DNA from: Octopus vulgaris
Lineage: Eukaryota
NCBI GenBank assembly: GCA_951406725.2
Contig: OX597819.1
Coordinates: 108,190,001 to 108,254,000 of the forward strand
DNA length: 64,000 nucleotides
Reading direction: 5' to 3'
Part shown: in pieces, positions 27,200 through 40,615 of the stretch
Position numbering within the stretch: the first letter of the stretch is position 1
Layout: every line of letters starts with the position of its first letter
Position numbers and translations under genes: made by a program
Notes under the pieces: generated by a model
What the model was told of the DNA's origin: nothing
The model's database searches: none
What the model saw: only the letters and a program-made list of their open reading frames with translations

Positions 27200-28220
27200 A
27201 CCTAAAGAATCTCAGATGGAAAATCTTTGGAATGTCTTACAAATCTACACAGTGCCACTAATAGATTGGATTTGGAGAACCTAAGTTAGTTTCTTTTGCT
27301 TTCTTCAAAAAACTTAGTATCTCTATGTTTTTGTGTAAATTTATATGTATATAGCCTTATACATTGAACCTATGAGAATTTATAATCAGAATACAAGAGC
27401 TGTAGGTTCCTTATTAATTCGCTATAAATGTTCTCTTTTACTTAGACTTTTGATGCTACTCATACATCCACTGGACAGCTGAACTCTATAACAGTACCTG
27501 ACTTTTGTTCCCTGTCCCACAGAACAATATCAGATCTGTTATGTTTGCACCAAATTGATGTTTTTATTGGAGTGTTCTACCAGTATTCCTTATTTTTAAA
27601 GGTATGAATACATGCTGGTTCTGACATGCCTTTGATGTATACATCAGGGCAATTGTTCCAGTAGATAGCATTGTAAATAGACTTTGCAACTGTCATGCCT
27701 GGGGGCAGGTAGTATCTTATATACATTTTGGGGCAGCTGTTGTTGCTGATGTAGTGATTTCCTCCAGGCTGAAATTTTCCATCACAACACAGAGGTTTGG
27801 TGGTATCTTTGTCCCTCTTGTTTATCAGGTATTTAGCAGCTATCTCCTGTTCTTGGATAGTGAAGGCATGTCCTTCTAGGTGGGATGTAATGAAACCATC
27901 ACAGGTCCAGGAGAGGCTACTCTCCCTGTCAAAGCTGTTGTTAACCTCTAGCTTAGAGGATGTGTACCCATGCATTGCTTTTTGCTGGTATGATACCTGC
28001 TTCTCCTGCAAGCTTCTGTTTAGGTAGGCCAGTTCAATCTCCTTTGGGTTGTATGAGACAGTTGTATTCTCAGAACACCTGCGCAGTAGTTCTTCTCCAG
28101 CTCTGATGATGTTGTTGCTCTCACGTTTGAGTATGCATGGGATGTACTAATTTCTTTCTTTACCGTTCAGCAGGTGTTGCCTGAGTGATATAATGCGACA
28201 TTCAAAAGCTGTTTGGACTG
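27200..28220 (-). mobile_element. Decayed R4/Dong-like (RLE-type) LINE 3' part
   Basis: ORF 27577..28011 contains TSHLEGHAFTIQEQEIAAKYLINKRDK..SCPKMYIRYYLP..VAKSIYNAI..EYW. Downstream broken frames give KHNRSDIVLWDREQK and IEFSCPVD. Confidence 0.8.
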
Positions 28221-29043
28221 GCCTTATGCTTTACCATCATCATTTCATCTCACATAAATCCTATCAGTGTTGCTGTTAATGTGAAAGTTATCATTATAAC
28301 AAATACAAAATGTGTGTGTGTGTGTGTGTATAGGTGGGCAGGTAGGTAAGTAGGTATGTGTGCAATGTTTATGTATGCATGTATGTATGTATACACATAT
28401 AGATGTAGATGTGTATACTTATCTGTATGTATGTATGCATGTCAGAATGTATATTTCTATCTATCTATCTATCTATCTATCCACTTACTTATATGTCTTT
28501 CTATCCACTCATATGTTTAGCTGTTTATTTATCTGTATCTGTCTATACATATATTAATCTGTTTCTTTGTCTATCTGTCATTCTACCGAGTTATCCAATC
28601 ATCTTTCTATCTATATATTATAACTGACTGACTTAGTAAGGTCACAGTCAACTGACATCAAGACCAAAGCTTCAAATCCTATTACTAGCATTGTGTTGCA
28701 TCCATGGCAATAACTCTCAATGACCCAGGCCACCTAGCCTACAAACTAGTAACACTGGGAGGATGTCTCCTGCTGTAAGCAGAAACGATTACTGTATTAT
28801 AACTGACAAGTAATTTCATTAGTTTGGAATGCTGGATTCAAATCCAGTCATGAACTACTGAGAAATTAGGTGAACAGGAGTAATGATTGACATGGATACC
28901 ATTAATAGATTCAGCATGTACTCAACACAGATCCTAAACTTGGTAATTTTCCAATATTTCTTAGAAATTTGGAAACAATTAATCAGTTAATTAAACGATC
29001 TAGCTATCTACTGGCAAAGTGCATCACATATATCCAATTCTCA

Positions 29044-29079
<36 letters not shown>

Positions 29080-29240
29080 GATGAAACTGAGACTTCCTTC
29101 CATTGCTATTTTGAGCTTTCTGCTTCTGCTTTTTCGTTACTGTAAAAAAAAAAAAAATGTAAACAGGAAACTCAGAGTAGATAAAGGAGGATTATATGTA
29201 TTAATCTTTACAATATGTATTGAGTATTCTTTCTCTGCTT

Positions 29241-29512
29241 TCATCATCATCATCGTTTAATGTCCGCTTTCCATGCTAGCATGGGTTGGACGGTTCAACT
29301 GGGGTCTGGGAAGTCAGGAGGCTGCACCAGGCCCAGTCTGATCTGGCAGTGTTTCTACAGCTGGATGCCCTTCCAAATGCCAACCACTACGTGAGTGTAG
29401 TGGGTGCTTTTTATGTGCCACCAGCACAGGTGCCAGGCGAGGCTGGCAACGGCCACGATCGGTTGGTGCTTTTTACATGCCACCGGCACAGAGGCCAGTC
29501 AAAGCAGCGCTA
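29241..29512 (-). mobile_element. RTE 3'UTR-derived element
   Basis: Near-identical to 3258-3530. Confidence 0.8.
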
Positions 29513-30287
29513 AATTAAAATTAATATATGTATGTATATATATCCTCATCATCATCATCTTCCATGCAAGCATGGGGGTGGATGATTTGATAAGGTCCAA
29601 TGAATCACAGGACTGTTTTCAGCTCCAATGCCCCTTTGGTTTGGTTTCTACAGTTGGATGCCCTTTTTAACACACTTTGCAGTGTGCACCAAGTACTTTT
29701 TTGCATATCACTGTAAAAGTGGGGCCACCAAATAACTTCCAAGACAAAGAAAAAGCCCTTCCAACTGAGTAGGGGTCTAGTAAGGTGGGGAAGTGACTTT
29801 ATGCCAGATGTTGAACAGTTTAAGTTTGATAGAGGGGCAGGAGAAGATCTATGGCTGTTTGAGATGACAAAATATGGGGTGGTGCAACAATAGACCTGCT
29901 CAAGGTATGTGAGCAAAAAAAAAAAATAGATTCCAAAATATTGTTAGCAATAAGGATGATGATGATGATGATGATACAACAAATCGCTCTCCTTCTATTT
30001 AATGCATAAACATGAAAATACTTCAGAACTTTTACTCTTGGTGACACAGACACTCCAAGTCACTTTCTACTGCAAAATTTCAAAAGTACAGACATACTTA
30101 GACAGTAAGATATACATTCCCTATGAGTTGAGCCCCACCAACCCACAGGAACAGCCTGACTTCTCAACATATGGGACCAGACACTGGCAGGGAATAGAGA
30201 AAGGAATTTCAAGTCCTTGCACTTTGATGGGAAGCTAACAACACGATGATGATGATAATGAGATAAAACTGTCAGTGTACACACTCA

Positions 30288-30351
<64 letters not shown>

Positions 30352-30975
30352 GAAATAAATTATGTCAAAGAATAGTTGATGCAATTTAGTTTTTGAGAGC
30401 CGATACTCTTTTGAAGCCATCCCACAAACTGCTCCAAATCTCACAATACCATCCCCCATCACCTTCGAGAAATAGTAGCTAAATCTCTCTCAAATTACAC
30501 ATACTACCATTTTAAATAACCAACAAAAAAATTGCCTCTAGACAGTAAGTGATGTGGTAAAAGCAGTTAATTCACCTTCAAATCATACTGGGGTATGATT
30601 TGAAGACGTAAAATTTAGATAATATAGACAATGATGCAAAAAAAGGATTGCATAGCAACAGCTACAATTCCTTATTTGATTACAAATCTGTTTGATCAGG
30701 TCTGACCTAAGGCTAAACAGCAACAACAGTAACAACAATTAATATAGTTAAGATTACAATTTTCTCCATTATTTACCTCATGTATATATTTACTATACTA
30801 TATTTCAATACTATATTTCAATCTTGGATCTTTATCAATTGTATTATTTCTAGATACATGCAAGATACCAGACAGGGCTCAAACAAAAAAAAATTATTTT
30901 TAAACTAATGGTGACTTAAGCAGATAATGATAATACTATTACTATCAGAATATGTATATCTATATTAATAAAAGC

Positions 30976-31617
30976 AGACCCAGGAAGACCTGGGATGAGG
31001 TGGAGAAGCATGACCTTCAAACATTGGGCCTCACCGAGGCATTGACTAGTGACCGGGACCTTTGGAAATATAATGTGCTGCAGAAGACTCGGCAAGTGCA
31101 AGTGTGACCATAACCTTGAGGCCTATGCTAGGGGTGAAACCAGTCCACTAATGCATGCCTTTCTTCATTGGACACTAAACTCTGCTTGCGAAGACCAGTT
31201 GAGGCAAGTGAAATCGAAGTCAAAATCAAATTCGGTGACTGGCATCCGTTTCTAGTGGAGCGCTAAGAGTACCATATGAGTGAGATCATTGCCAAAGCAA
31301 CAAGCTGGCCTTCATGCTGATGGCATGTGAAACATTCGAGTGAGGTCTTCGCCAGTGCCGCTGGACTGGCTCCTGTGCAGGTGGCACATAAAAAGCACCA
31401 TTTGGGCATGGCCGTTGCCAGTTCCACCAAACTGGCCCTCGTGCCGGTGGCACGTAAAAGCACCCACTACACTCTCGGAGTGGTTGGCGTTAGGAAGGGC
31501 ATCCAGCTGTAGAAACTCTGCCAGATCAGATTGGAGTCTGGTTCGCCAGACCTCAGTCAAATCGTCCAACCCATGCTAGCATGGAAAGTGGACATTAAAT
31601 GATGATGATGACGATGA
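30976..31617 (+). mobile_element. Relatively young 5'-truncated RTE LINE
   Basis: RPRKTWDEVEKHDLQTLGLTEALTSDRDLWKY, followed by a 3'UTR with subrepeats and a (GAT)n tail. Confidence 0.85.
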
Positions 31618-32495
31618 AAAGTCTGTCTGTCCATCTGGGACCCCTGTATCTCAGTCTACATTTACTCTACATAGACATATTATACATTTTTGGAATCAGG
31701 ATGGCCCCAGGATTGTAAATCTGCCCTTCACTTGGTTCTAGAACATCCAGCATTGGGATCTTATTTAAAAGCATTTGGATTGCTATTTTTCACTGATTCA
31801 TGCCATCTTGCATGACATTTGTCAGATGACGTCGGGGGAGATAAATGACATTTGTTTGGTTACTTTTGTGCCGAGATAAGAAGTTTGGGACAAATTGACT
31901 AATAGTTGGAATTCAACTTGGGACTGGAACAATAGAATGATTGCATTACAGAATTAATTTTCATTCGTGCTTAACCTCTGATCAAACACTACCAGGGCAC
32001 ATAGTCATTATAGACATATTATAATCATGCTATTTAGCTTTCTTTAGTTTTGGGCCATAGACCCATGGCTTTTAAGCTAATACTGAATAAAGTGTTAAAT
32101 GTTTATAGTATGGAAATTAATAGCTCTAGTTCTCTGAAGATGCTGGATTTGTTACACAATATAAACAAATTAGCTGCTTTTTTCTCTGGGACTGGTAAGG
32201 TAATGTAAACAGCTCTGATGAGAACTCAATAAGTTTCAAAGATTGATTAAGGCTGTTGGTCATTTTTTCAACCTTTGAAGAAACAGTTAAATTTGTCCTG
32301 CTTGTATGTCAACTACATAGGTTACACATATATATGTCTTAAGATTATCTAACTTTTTTTTTTTTTGAGCAGTAACTTTTAAAAAAAAATATTAGGTGCA
32401 GTCATGACTGTGTGGTTAAGAAGTTTACTTCTCAACCACATACTTTTGGGTTCAGTCCCACTGCATGGCATCTTCGACAAGCATCTTTTAGTATA

Positions 32496-32725
32496 TATTT
32501 CTTTACTACCCACAAGGGGCTAAACATAGAGGGGACAAACAAGAACAGACAAAGGGATTAAGTCGATTACATCGACCCCAGTGTGAAACTGGTACTTTAT
32601 TTATCGACCCTGAAAGGATGAAAGGCAAAGTCGACCCTGACGGAATTTGGATTCAAAATGTAACGACAGACGAAATACCGCTAAGCATTTCGCCCAGCGC
32701 GCTAACGTTTCTGCCAGCTCACCGC
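32496..32725 (-). mobile_element. Family B SINE inserted into an older family A SINE (about 32394-32800)
   Basis: 11-bp TSD CTTTTAGTATA at 32485-32495 and 32726-32736. The host SINE continues on both sides. Confidence 0.88.
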
Positions 32726-32917
32726 CTTTTAGTATAACACCAGGCCAACCAATGTCTTGTGAGGGATTTGGTATATGGAAACTAAAAGAAGCCCTTTGTA
32801 TATGTGCATGTGCATGAGAGAGAGAGTGTGTGTGTGTGTGTAAGTATGTTTGTGTCTCCTTGTCTTGAAATCACCTGATAGTTGTAAATGAGTGTTATAC
32901 AAGCAGTGTCAATCATG

Positions 32918-33620
32918 TATCTATCTATATATATAAAATTTTTTGTCTGTCTGTTCCCTATGCATTCTCAAACGGCTCCACCAAATCACATCGAATTTTA
33001 CAAGGTAATAGTATCAGACCCTGTGAGTGTTAGCATGTCATTTTTTCTTTTCATTTGGATTAAAACAATAAAACAACGGCACTGGTTCAGTATTATGTGT
33101 CAAAAGCAAAAGAATAAGAGCTATATTGTAATGTGATATAATATTGTTTCACTTTTATTTTTTCACTTTTAATTCTAATGTGATAGCACTAAGATCATCT
33201 TATTTCTATTATATTTAAAAAAGTGAATGATTTACATCAAGAGGGAAGGGAGATGAGACTTTCTCAAGATCAGCAAAGGCATACTGCAGCAATTCAAATG
33301 GAGTCTTAAGACAGAAGTGAGATGAGACTTTCCCAAGATCAGAAAAGGCATGCTGCAGTATATCAGATGGAGTCTCAATACAGAAGGAACATCCTCCAAA
33401 TTTACTTTACAAGTGATGTAGAACAACAAACCCAAAGGAGATGTCAAAACTTCAGATGATGGATCATATTAGACGCTGCACTGACTGCCACAAAGGAGAA
33501 TATATCCACTAACAGCTTTGCAGTGCTTTCAAAAATCACATACCTTCCCCCACCTCCAATTTTCCATGATAGGTTAGGGCCTGGGATATTCAAAACGAAT
33601 GCATGACATGTTGCTTAGTC
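32918..33620 (+). mobile_element. Possible non-autonomous Helitron-like element containing a 69-bp tandem duplication
   Basis: Starts tctatatatataaaa..tgtctgtctgttcc and ends ..gttgcTTAG|T. The unit gagatgagacttt... occurs at 33250-33318 and 33319-33387. The classification is inferred. Confidence 0.4.
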
Positions 33621-34013
33621 GAATTAGCCCATTATTTACTCCACAAATGTTTTGTCATCAATGCTATACTTTCCCATATCACTTCTTTCAACATAACTGT
33701 GATATATATATACAAACAATGCCATTTTAATCCCAAACAACACAGGGTATCTCTGCTAGTTTCCAATAATCTGAAAAACATATCTGGCCATGTGGAAATA
33801 TTACCTTGCTTGGGAACAGGGAGGGCATCTAACTGAAGAAAATTTGTCTTAATAAACTTCTTCTGACCTATGAAGCATGGGAAAATGGGCATTAAAATGA
33901 TGATGATGATGACATTGTATTTGATTTGATTTCATCTCTCATCATTATCAGGTGTATCATCCCTTAACATATATATATGTATTATGCCAGACTAGATTTG
34001 AACAATGTTCCAG

Positions 34014-34199
34014 AGGCGCAGGAGTGGCTGTGTGGTAAGTAGCTTGCTAACCAACCACATGGTTCCGGGTTCAGTCCCACTGCGTGGCATCTTGGGCAAG
34101 TGTCTTCTGCTATAGCCCCGGGCCGACCAATGCCTTGTGAATGGATTTGGTAGACAGAAACTGAAAGAAGCCTGTCGTATATATGTATACATATATATA

Positions 34200-34230
<31 letters not shown>

Positions 34231-34434
34231 CTGTATTTGTCCCCCAACATCGCTTGACAGCCGATGCTGGTGTGTTTACGTCCCCGTCACTTAGCGGTTC
34301 GGCAAAAGTGACCGATAGAATAAGTACTGAGCTTACAAAGAATAAGTCCCGGGGTCAATTTGCTCGACTAAAGGCAGTGCTCCAGCATGGCCACAGTCAA
34401 ATGACTGAAACAAGTAAAAGAGAAAAAAAGAGTA
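34014..34434 (+). mobile_element. tRNA-derived SINE, family A, full length
   Basis: Head aggcgcaggagtggctgtgtggtaag..ggttcagtccc and tail gaaacaagtaaaagag. Confidence 0.88.
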
Positions 34435-35662
34435 GGCCTACTGAATAAGTTCACCATTATGCTGTTCAGAAATAATGGTCCTCGTCTGAATCCAGTATGG
34501 AATTATGGATGTATCTAAGAATAATATGCCTAACAACTATTTGAAATCATACTGATTTACACACAAGGTAGATATATAAATATATTGGTTTCAAATTTTG
34601 GCACAGAGCCAGAAATTTTGTGGGAGGGGATAAGTTGATTACATTAACCCCAGTGCTCAACTACTACTTATTTTATCGACCCCCATGAAAGGCAAAGTTG
34701 ACCTTGGCAGAATTTGAACCCAGAATGTAAAGACAGACGAAATACCGCTAAGCTTTTTGCTTGGCATGTTAAAGATTCTGCCAGCTTGCCCTCTTAGATA
34801 TATAAATATATTAAAAAGAGGTTTGTCTCTAAAGGATGATGCAAACACTCTGAAAACAAAAATTATAATTTACTAAATACACTTATTTTAAAAATAAAAG
34901 GTTCCTAATTTGAATTCTGTCAGGAATGACCTATATATTTAGGAGTAAGACATCTGATGGCAATCAGGTTCTGAATGAATCCTAATATACTATAAATATA
35001 AATATTGGAAATATACTTAAAAGATGAGGTTAATGGACAACAAAATTTATAATCTTATCAAGAACAACTCATCTTAAAAAGCTAAGTACAAAATTCTTTG
35101 TAACACATGTCATTATCATTGCTTCATATCCACTTTTCTAAGCTTGCATGGATCAGACAGAATTTGATGAGGCAGATTTTCTATAGCTACATGCCTTTCC
35201 TGTTGCCAACTTTTACTTGTTTCCAATCAAGGGAATATTTCCTCATGACCTAAGTGTTTTTCACAAAGGACTGAAAATGAACAACATCATTTGTATGATG
35301 GTGATGCTTATTTACAAACATCATGCAATGTCTAGACAAACATACACACACAAACACACATGCATTTATGCATGCATGCACGTGTGTGAAGAGTTTCTTT
35401 CAATTTCTGTCTACCAAGGTTTTGGTTGGCCTGGGACAATAGTAGCAGACACTTGCCCAAGTGCTATGCAGTGGGATTGAAGTCAAGACCACAGGTTTGA
35501 GAAGCAAGCTTCTTAACCACATGTGTCTGCAAAACCATGAATATGTATTTTATTCATACATTCACACATTCATATAAACACAAATATAATCACATTAATA
35601 CAAAGACACATATGACTACACATAGAAACATATGCAGTTACACACACATACACATATACATA

Positions 35663-35695
<33 letters not shown>

Positions 35696-35701
<6 letters not shown>

Positions 35702-35983
35702 CATATACATAGATTTTGAGATACATACCCACAACCATATTCACAAATACACTCATGCAAACACACACACAAATTGTTGGTACACATAAGCTCATATACA
35801 CACATGCATACATGTGTACGTACACACATACACATATACATATTCACATATGCATATATATATATAACATATACATACATTTTGAGATACACACCCACAA
35901 CCATACATATTCACAAATACACTCATGCAAACACACGCAAATTGTTGGTACACATAAGCTCATATACACACACACATGCATAC
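35696..35983 (+). repeat. Direct duplication of about 120 bp inside a (TA/CA) microsatellite field
   Basis: ttttgagataca..cccacaaccat..aattgttggtacacataagctcatatacac occurs twice, at about 35696 and 35861. Confidence 0.85.
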
Positions 35984-37453
35984 AATACATAGATACGTAC
36001 ATACACATATATACATACATATACACAAACACAACTACACCGCTAAAATACTATTTAATGAAGCAAACAACAATAAGTCATTAAGAATATTCTGAAACAT
36101 TCCATAATTACTAGATCTTCATCACAATCATGACCAACAACTAGACATAATTAACATAATTAACAGATTGTTAAAATTACCATTGTTGTTGTTGTGGAGG
36201 TATCGGTGGTGGTATTTAAATCGTTCTTGCTGTAATTAGCCATGTTTTTCTGTTTAACCTCATGTCAGTATTAATTGAACAGACCTATAATCAAAAGGCA
36301 TTCCAGCCATGACTATCCTGGCTTTTTCAGGGCTAGTATATACAAGGCTACATTATTCAATATGTCCCTTTTTAAAAATAGCAGAGTGTGATTTCAGGGA
36401 GATTTAGCTGTTATTCTTAAAAGGTCAAATTACCATGTAGGCTTCCGCATAAGCTCATATAAAGATGCTGGTGGTAGTAGTGGCGGCGGTGATGCTAATT
36501 ATGGTTGTTACTGCAATTAAGTTTATTGTTGTGTTACTTTTATTACTATTCTAATTATTATATCAGTTACAATTGCTGTTGTTGTCATTGTAATATTTAG
36601 GAGGCAAGGATGGAGAGGGCAACATTCCAGACATTTCACAAGCCTCACCTCACCAGTCCTACACTATACCCAAGCAAAATCACATATGTGTAGTGGTGAT
36701 GGTCATGGTAGTGGGTTGTCAACAGGCTCCAGTGAAACTAGTACACTAAGTACTGTCTGAGTGGTTATGCTTTTACCAAAGTCTGTTCTAGTATTGATTG
36801 TTGAAGTTAATGTTGTTCTTGTTTAGCTCCAGTTCAGCCCATAAAGAGAAAAACCTATGAGCAAAGACATTCCAGTTATGACTATCCAGTTTTTTGTATA
36901 ACAGGGTTAGAGTTAGGTTTAATAATCGTCCTTTTTCTAAGATAGTAGGGTGTATGATATGAGGGCCATTTGGCAGTTGTTGCTTAACACCAGGTTAGCA
37001 ATTCTGATAAAGCCAACCTATAGTCAAAATCATACCAAGAATGGCCATCCCATCCTTTTCCTATGTGCAAGAATCTAGGACTGAGTTAGTCAAGATGGTA
37101 GGATATGATGTAGGGGAGTTTGGCTGTTATTTCTGGCAGGCTGTGTTTTCACATAAGTAATCCTTTATTGGCTTGTTTGATAATTTCTAACATAGCCAAC
37201 AAGCCCACAAATTTAGGAGTTGAGGCAAGGCTAGATTGAATTAATGATTAATTCTTGATTAGTACTTTTATCTAAGCAACCCCATCCCAGAAAAATGAAA
37301 GTATCAGTTAATTACCCATACTTTCCTTCTTTCCAAACATAGTGTATCTAGGATTACTTTATCCAATATGACATTCAAATTATTTAAGACAGTAGGATGT
37401 GATTTGAGGGAGAGTTAACTGCTGATTCTATCCAGCTCGATGATTGTATAGAG

Positions 37454-37654
37454 CAGTGCTTTTCAAACTTTTTGCTGGAGCGGAACCCCAAGGAAACATT
37501 CCACTGGCTCGAGGAACCCCTGTGCAATAATTTAATAGTCTTATGCACACATATCTGCACAGGAGAATTAAAAATTACTGCCGATTTTAACAGTTTTGTA
37601 ACTTCTTGCGGAACCCCTGGACTGTGTTGGCGGAACCCTGGTTGAAAACCACTG
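37454..37654. mobile_element. hAT (Charlie-like) MITE
   Basis: TIRs are CAGTGCTTTTCAA and TTGAAAACCACTG. Perfect 8-bp TSD GTATAGAG at 37446-37453 and 37655-37662. Confidence 0.92.
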
Positions 37655-38417
37655 GTATAGAGGTTCCCTGTCACAAGCTTGTGATGGTGGTGATAAAAGT
37701 ATTCATGGTAATGTTAACAATGATGAAGACAGTGACAGTGAGGATGATGGTTATGGTAGTGGTGATGATGAATTGTTAATAGTGATGATGGAGTTGTTGC
37801 TAACCCCAAACCAGCCTTTATTGAATAGATTTATGATCAAAGATGTTTCAAGCTATGAACACCCTGTCTTTATCAATCACAGCATATTTAGGACTACAAT
37901 ATCTAATGTGTCCTCTCATTTTTGAAAGTAGAGAATGATTGCTATATTAAGCAAGTTTCCTCCTCTTGTCATTCTTTAAGTTATACCCATAGATTAAGCT
38001 GAACTCGGTCCTAATAACTGATGGAATACTCATCAATTTTACAATGCCCCTGGTATTCATAACATAAGCTGAATGTCATTAATCTTGGATTCACTAGAAT
38101 GGTAACTTTGATGGTTCAAGACAATGATTTGAATCTGGTAGTCTTTAATTTTCATGATGGCTGCTAGTCACAGTAAACTTGAATTCTATGTCATATCAGT
38201 ATTAGCAATACAGCACAGGATAAGCATAATTTTGCTATCTTTTACCCCTGGCCCTGATTGAGTGCTGGATTATCAAATTCACACCAGGTGTTTTTGTTAT
38301 GCTCGTGGGATTTAACAATGACTAAAACTGCTACAAACCAACAAAGGGGCCTATGTGGAGTCATGTGAATTGCTAGAAATAGCACCAAGCTTTCCTCACA
38401 TCACATATCTTACTGTC

Positions 38418-38617
38418 TTAACTCTTTAGCATTTAAACTGGCTGTATCTGACCCAGATAGTCTACCTATTTTATGTTCAAACCTAACCTACAATGTCATT
38501 CTAAAACTAAACAATCACATCATTGAAATCTCAAAGCTATGAGATTAGTCATGATAATTCAAAATAATCAGGATAAATAAGAATTACATACAACAGAGTA
38601 ATCTGTTAAAGGGTTAA
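38418..38617. mobile_element. piggyBac-type MITE
   Basis: TTAA-ctctttagca ... tgttaaaggg-TTAA. Confidence 0.75.
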
Positions 38618-39010
38618 AAATAAAGCACATCAAACAATGCATTGGTCCATGATATACAGAATGGTCACAGCTGAAACACTTGTCATAAGTCAACTCAATC
38701 AGAACAAATCTGGAACTAAACTACAACTAAAACAGTTGTGAACCAACAGAGCCTCTTTGTAGTCAATCAGTCTACTAGAAAGAGTAACCAAATCTCTTTT
38801 TTTTTTTCTCTCTCTCTCTTTCTGTCAAATCATAAATCAGCATTGCCTTAAAAATGACAAATTAGCGAACATAGTTCCTGATATTACAAAAAGACAGGAT
38901 GGGCAAGACTAAAATGCCCCTAATCATTGGTTGTTTGGTAAGGTTGAATGAGGATAAACAAGAATAACTAGAGGAGCCTCTTTACAGTACATCATATTGC
39001 TATAAATACA

Positions 39011-39101
39011 GCTGGGAGAGTTTTGATGGCTGTCATCATCATCATCATCATCGTTTAACGATGATGATGATGATGATGACAGCCATCAAAACTCTCCCAG
39101 C
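39011..39101. repeat. Perfect palindrome, 45-bp arms with a 1-nt centre
   Basis: gctgggagagttttgatggctgt(cat)n cgtt-t-aacg(atg)n acagccatcaaaactctcccagc. Confidence 0.95.
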
Positions 39102-40206
39102 ACAACATACTACCCTTCAAATAATGAAATCCCTATACAAAAAATATAACATCAGCACTTTAAGAAGTTTGAGAGAGCCAAAACACTGCTGTTGTGGGAA
39201 GCCTGAATATAAATAAAAGATTGAACTAAAAAAAATTGATAATTCTAATAAATTTTGAGTAAAAACAACCTTTGTATGATGACAACAAGAGGATGTCTGA
39301 ATTAATTGCTGTTTCATGTCTATATCAATGTATTATTGCTGGGTGAAAATTTGGGTTAAAAGTAGTGTTCTTTGGGCTATATTTTGTCAAAAATCTATTG
39401 TCATGTGTACAAAGAGAAAGTGAAGTCAAGAAACCATAAAAAAAATCAGCTATTTTACAATGACTGAAAGGAATAAGGATGTTGTATTAAAAGTCTATAA
39501 ACTATTTGAATCTCAATATACAAAGATAGAGAAAAAAATCAAAGCTGTCGTCTCTTGAAGCACATCTGCTTACTCCGGTATTACAATCCAGTATGTAGTT
39601 GTCATTATTGTCTTGATGTGATGTACATATTAAACTTGAACATTCTGGAAACATTGTTTGCATGCAAGAAATTTCCTATAACAAATTCTTCAGACAGAGA
39701 ATCAAACAATACAATATTGTTTGATTCTCTGTCAGCAAATCACTCGTTAAGGTTATCTCAACAGGTTTACTATAGAAATTTTGTTATAACATTTTGTATC
39801 CGAGACACCAGATGTAAACAACAATGAGATCAAAGATGATAAATTCAATAATGCTGCACTGCTATATTTAGTGGCTATTTAAGCAATGAGTTTATGGATG
39901 GTTAATGGCTTGGATGGCTGCTGATAAAGGAGCAAAAACTCTTGAAAAATGTCATATATGCCCTTTTCCATTTTTCATCTTCAGTCTCATTGTTATTTAC
40001 ATCTGGCATCTCGGGTCTGAAACATCATAACAAAACCGGACCTGGCTATAATTTCTATATAAAATCTGTAGAAATAACCATAACAAGTGATGTAATAACA
40101 CTGCTAACACAGTAGAACATGGTGTTGATTTATAAAATCACTTAATATACTTTGTAGTATAACGAAATGCCATGCCTTTACAGGTCATTAATCTGACTGA
40201 AGAATA

Positions 40207-40615
40207 TCTCTTTTACTCTTTTACTTGTTTCAGTCATTTGACTGTGGCCATGATGGAGCACCGCCTTTAGTCGAGCAAATCGATCCCAGGACTTATTCTT
40301 TGTAAGTCTAGTACTTATTCTATTGGTCTTTTTTGCTGAACCACTAAGTTACGGGGACGTAAACACATCAGCATCGGTTGTCAAGTGATGTTGGGGGACA
40401 AACACAGACACACAAACATATACACACACATACATATATATATATACATATATACGAAGGACTTCTTTTAGTTTCTGTCTATCAAATCCACTCACAAGGC
40501 CTTGGTCGGCCCAAGACTATAATAGAAGGCACTTGCCCAAGTTGCCACGCAGGGGGACTGAACCCAGAACCATGTGGTTGGTAAGCAAGTTACTTACCAC
40601 ACAGCCACTCCTATG
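40207..40615 (-). mobile_element. tRNA-derived SINE, family A, full length
   Basis: Reverse complement of the 34014-34434 element. Confidence 0.88.
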
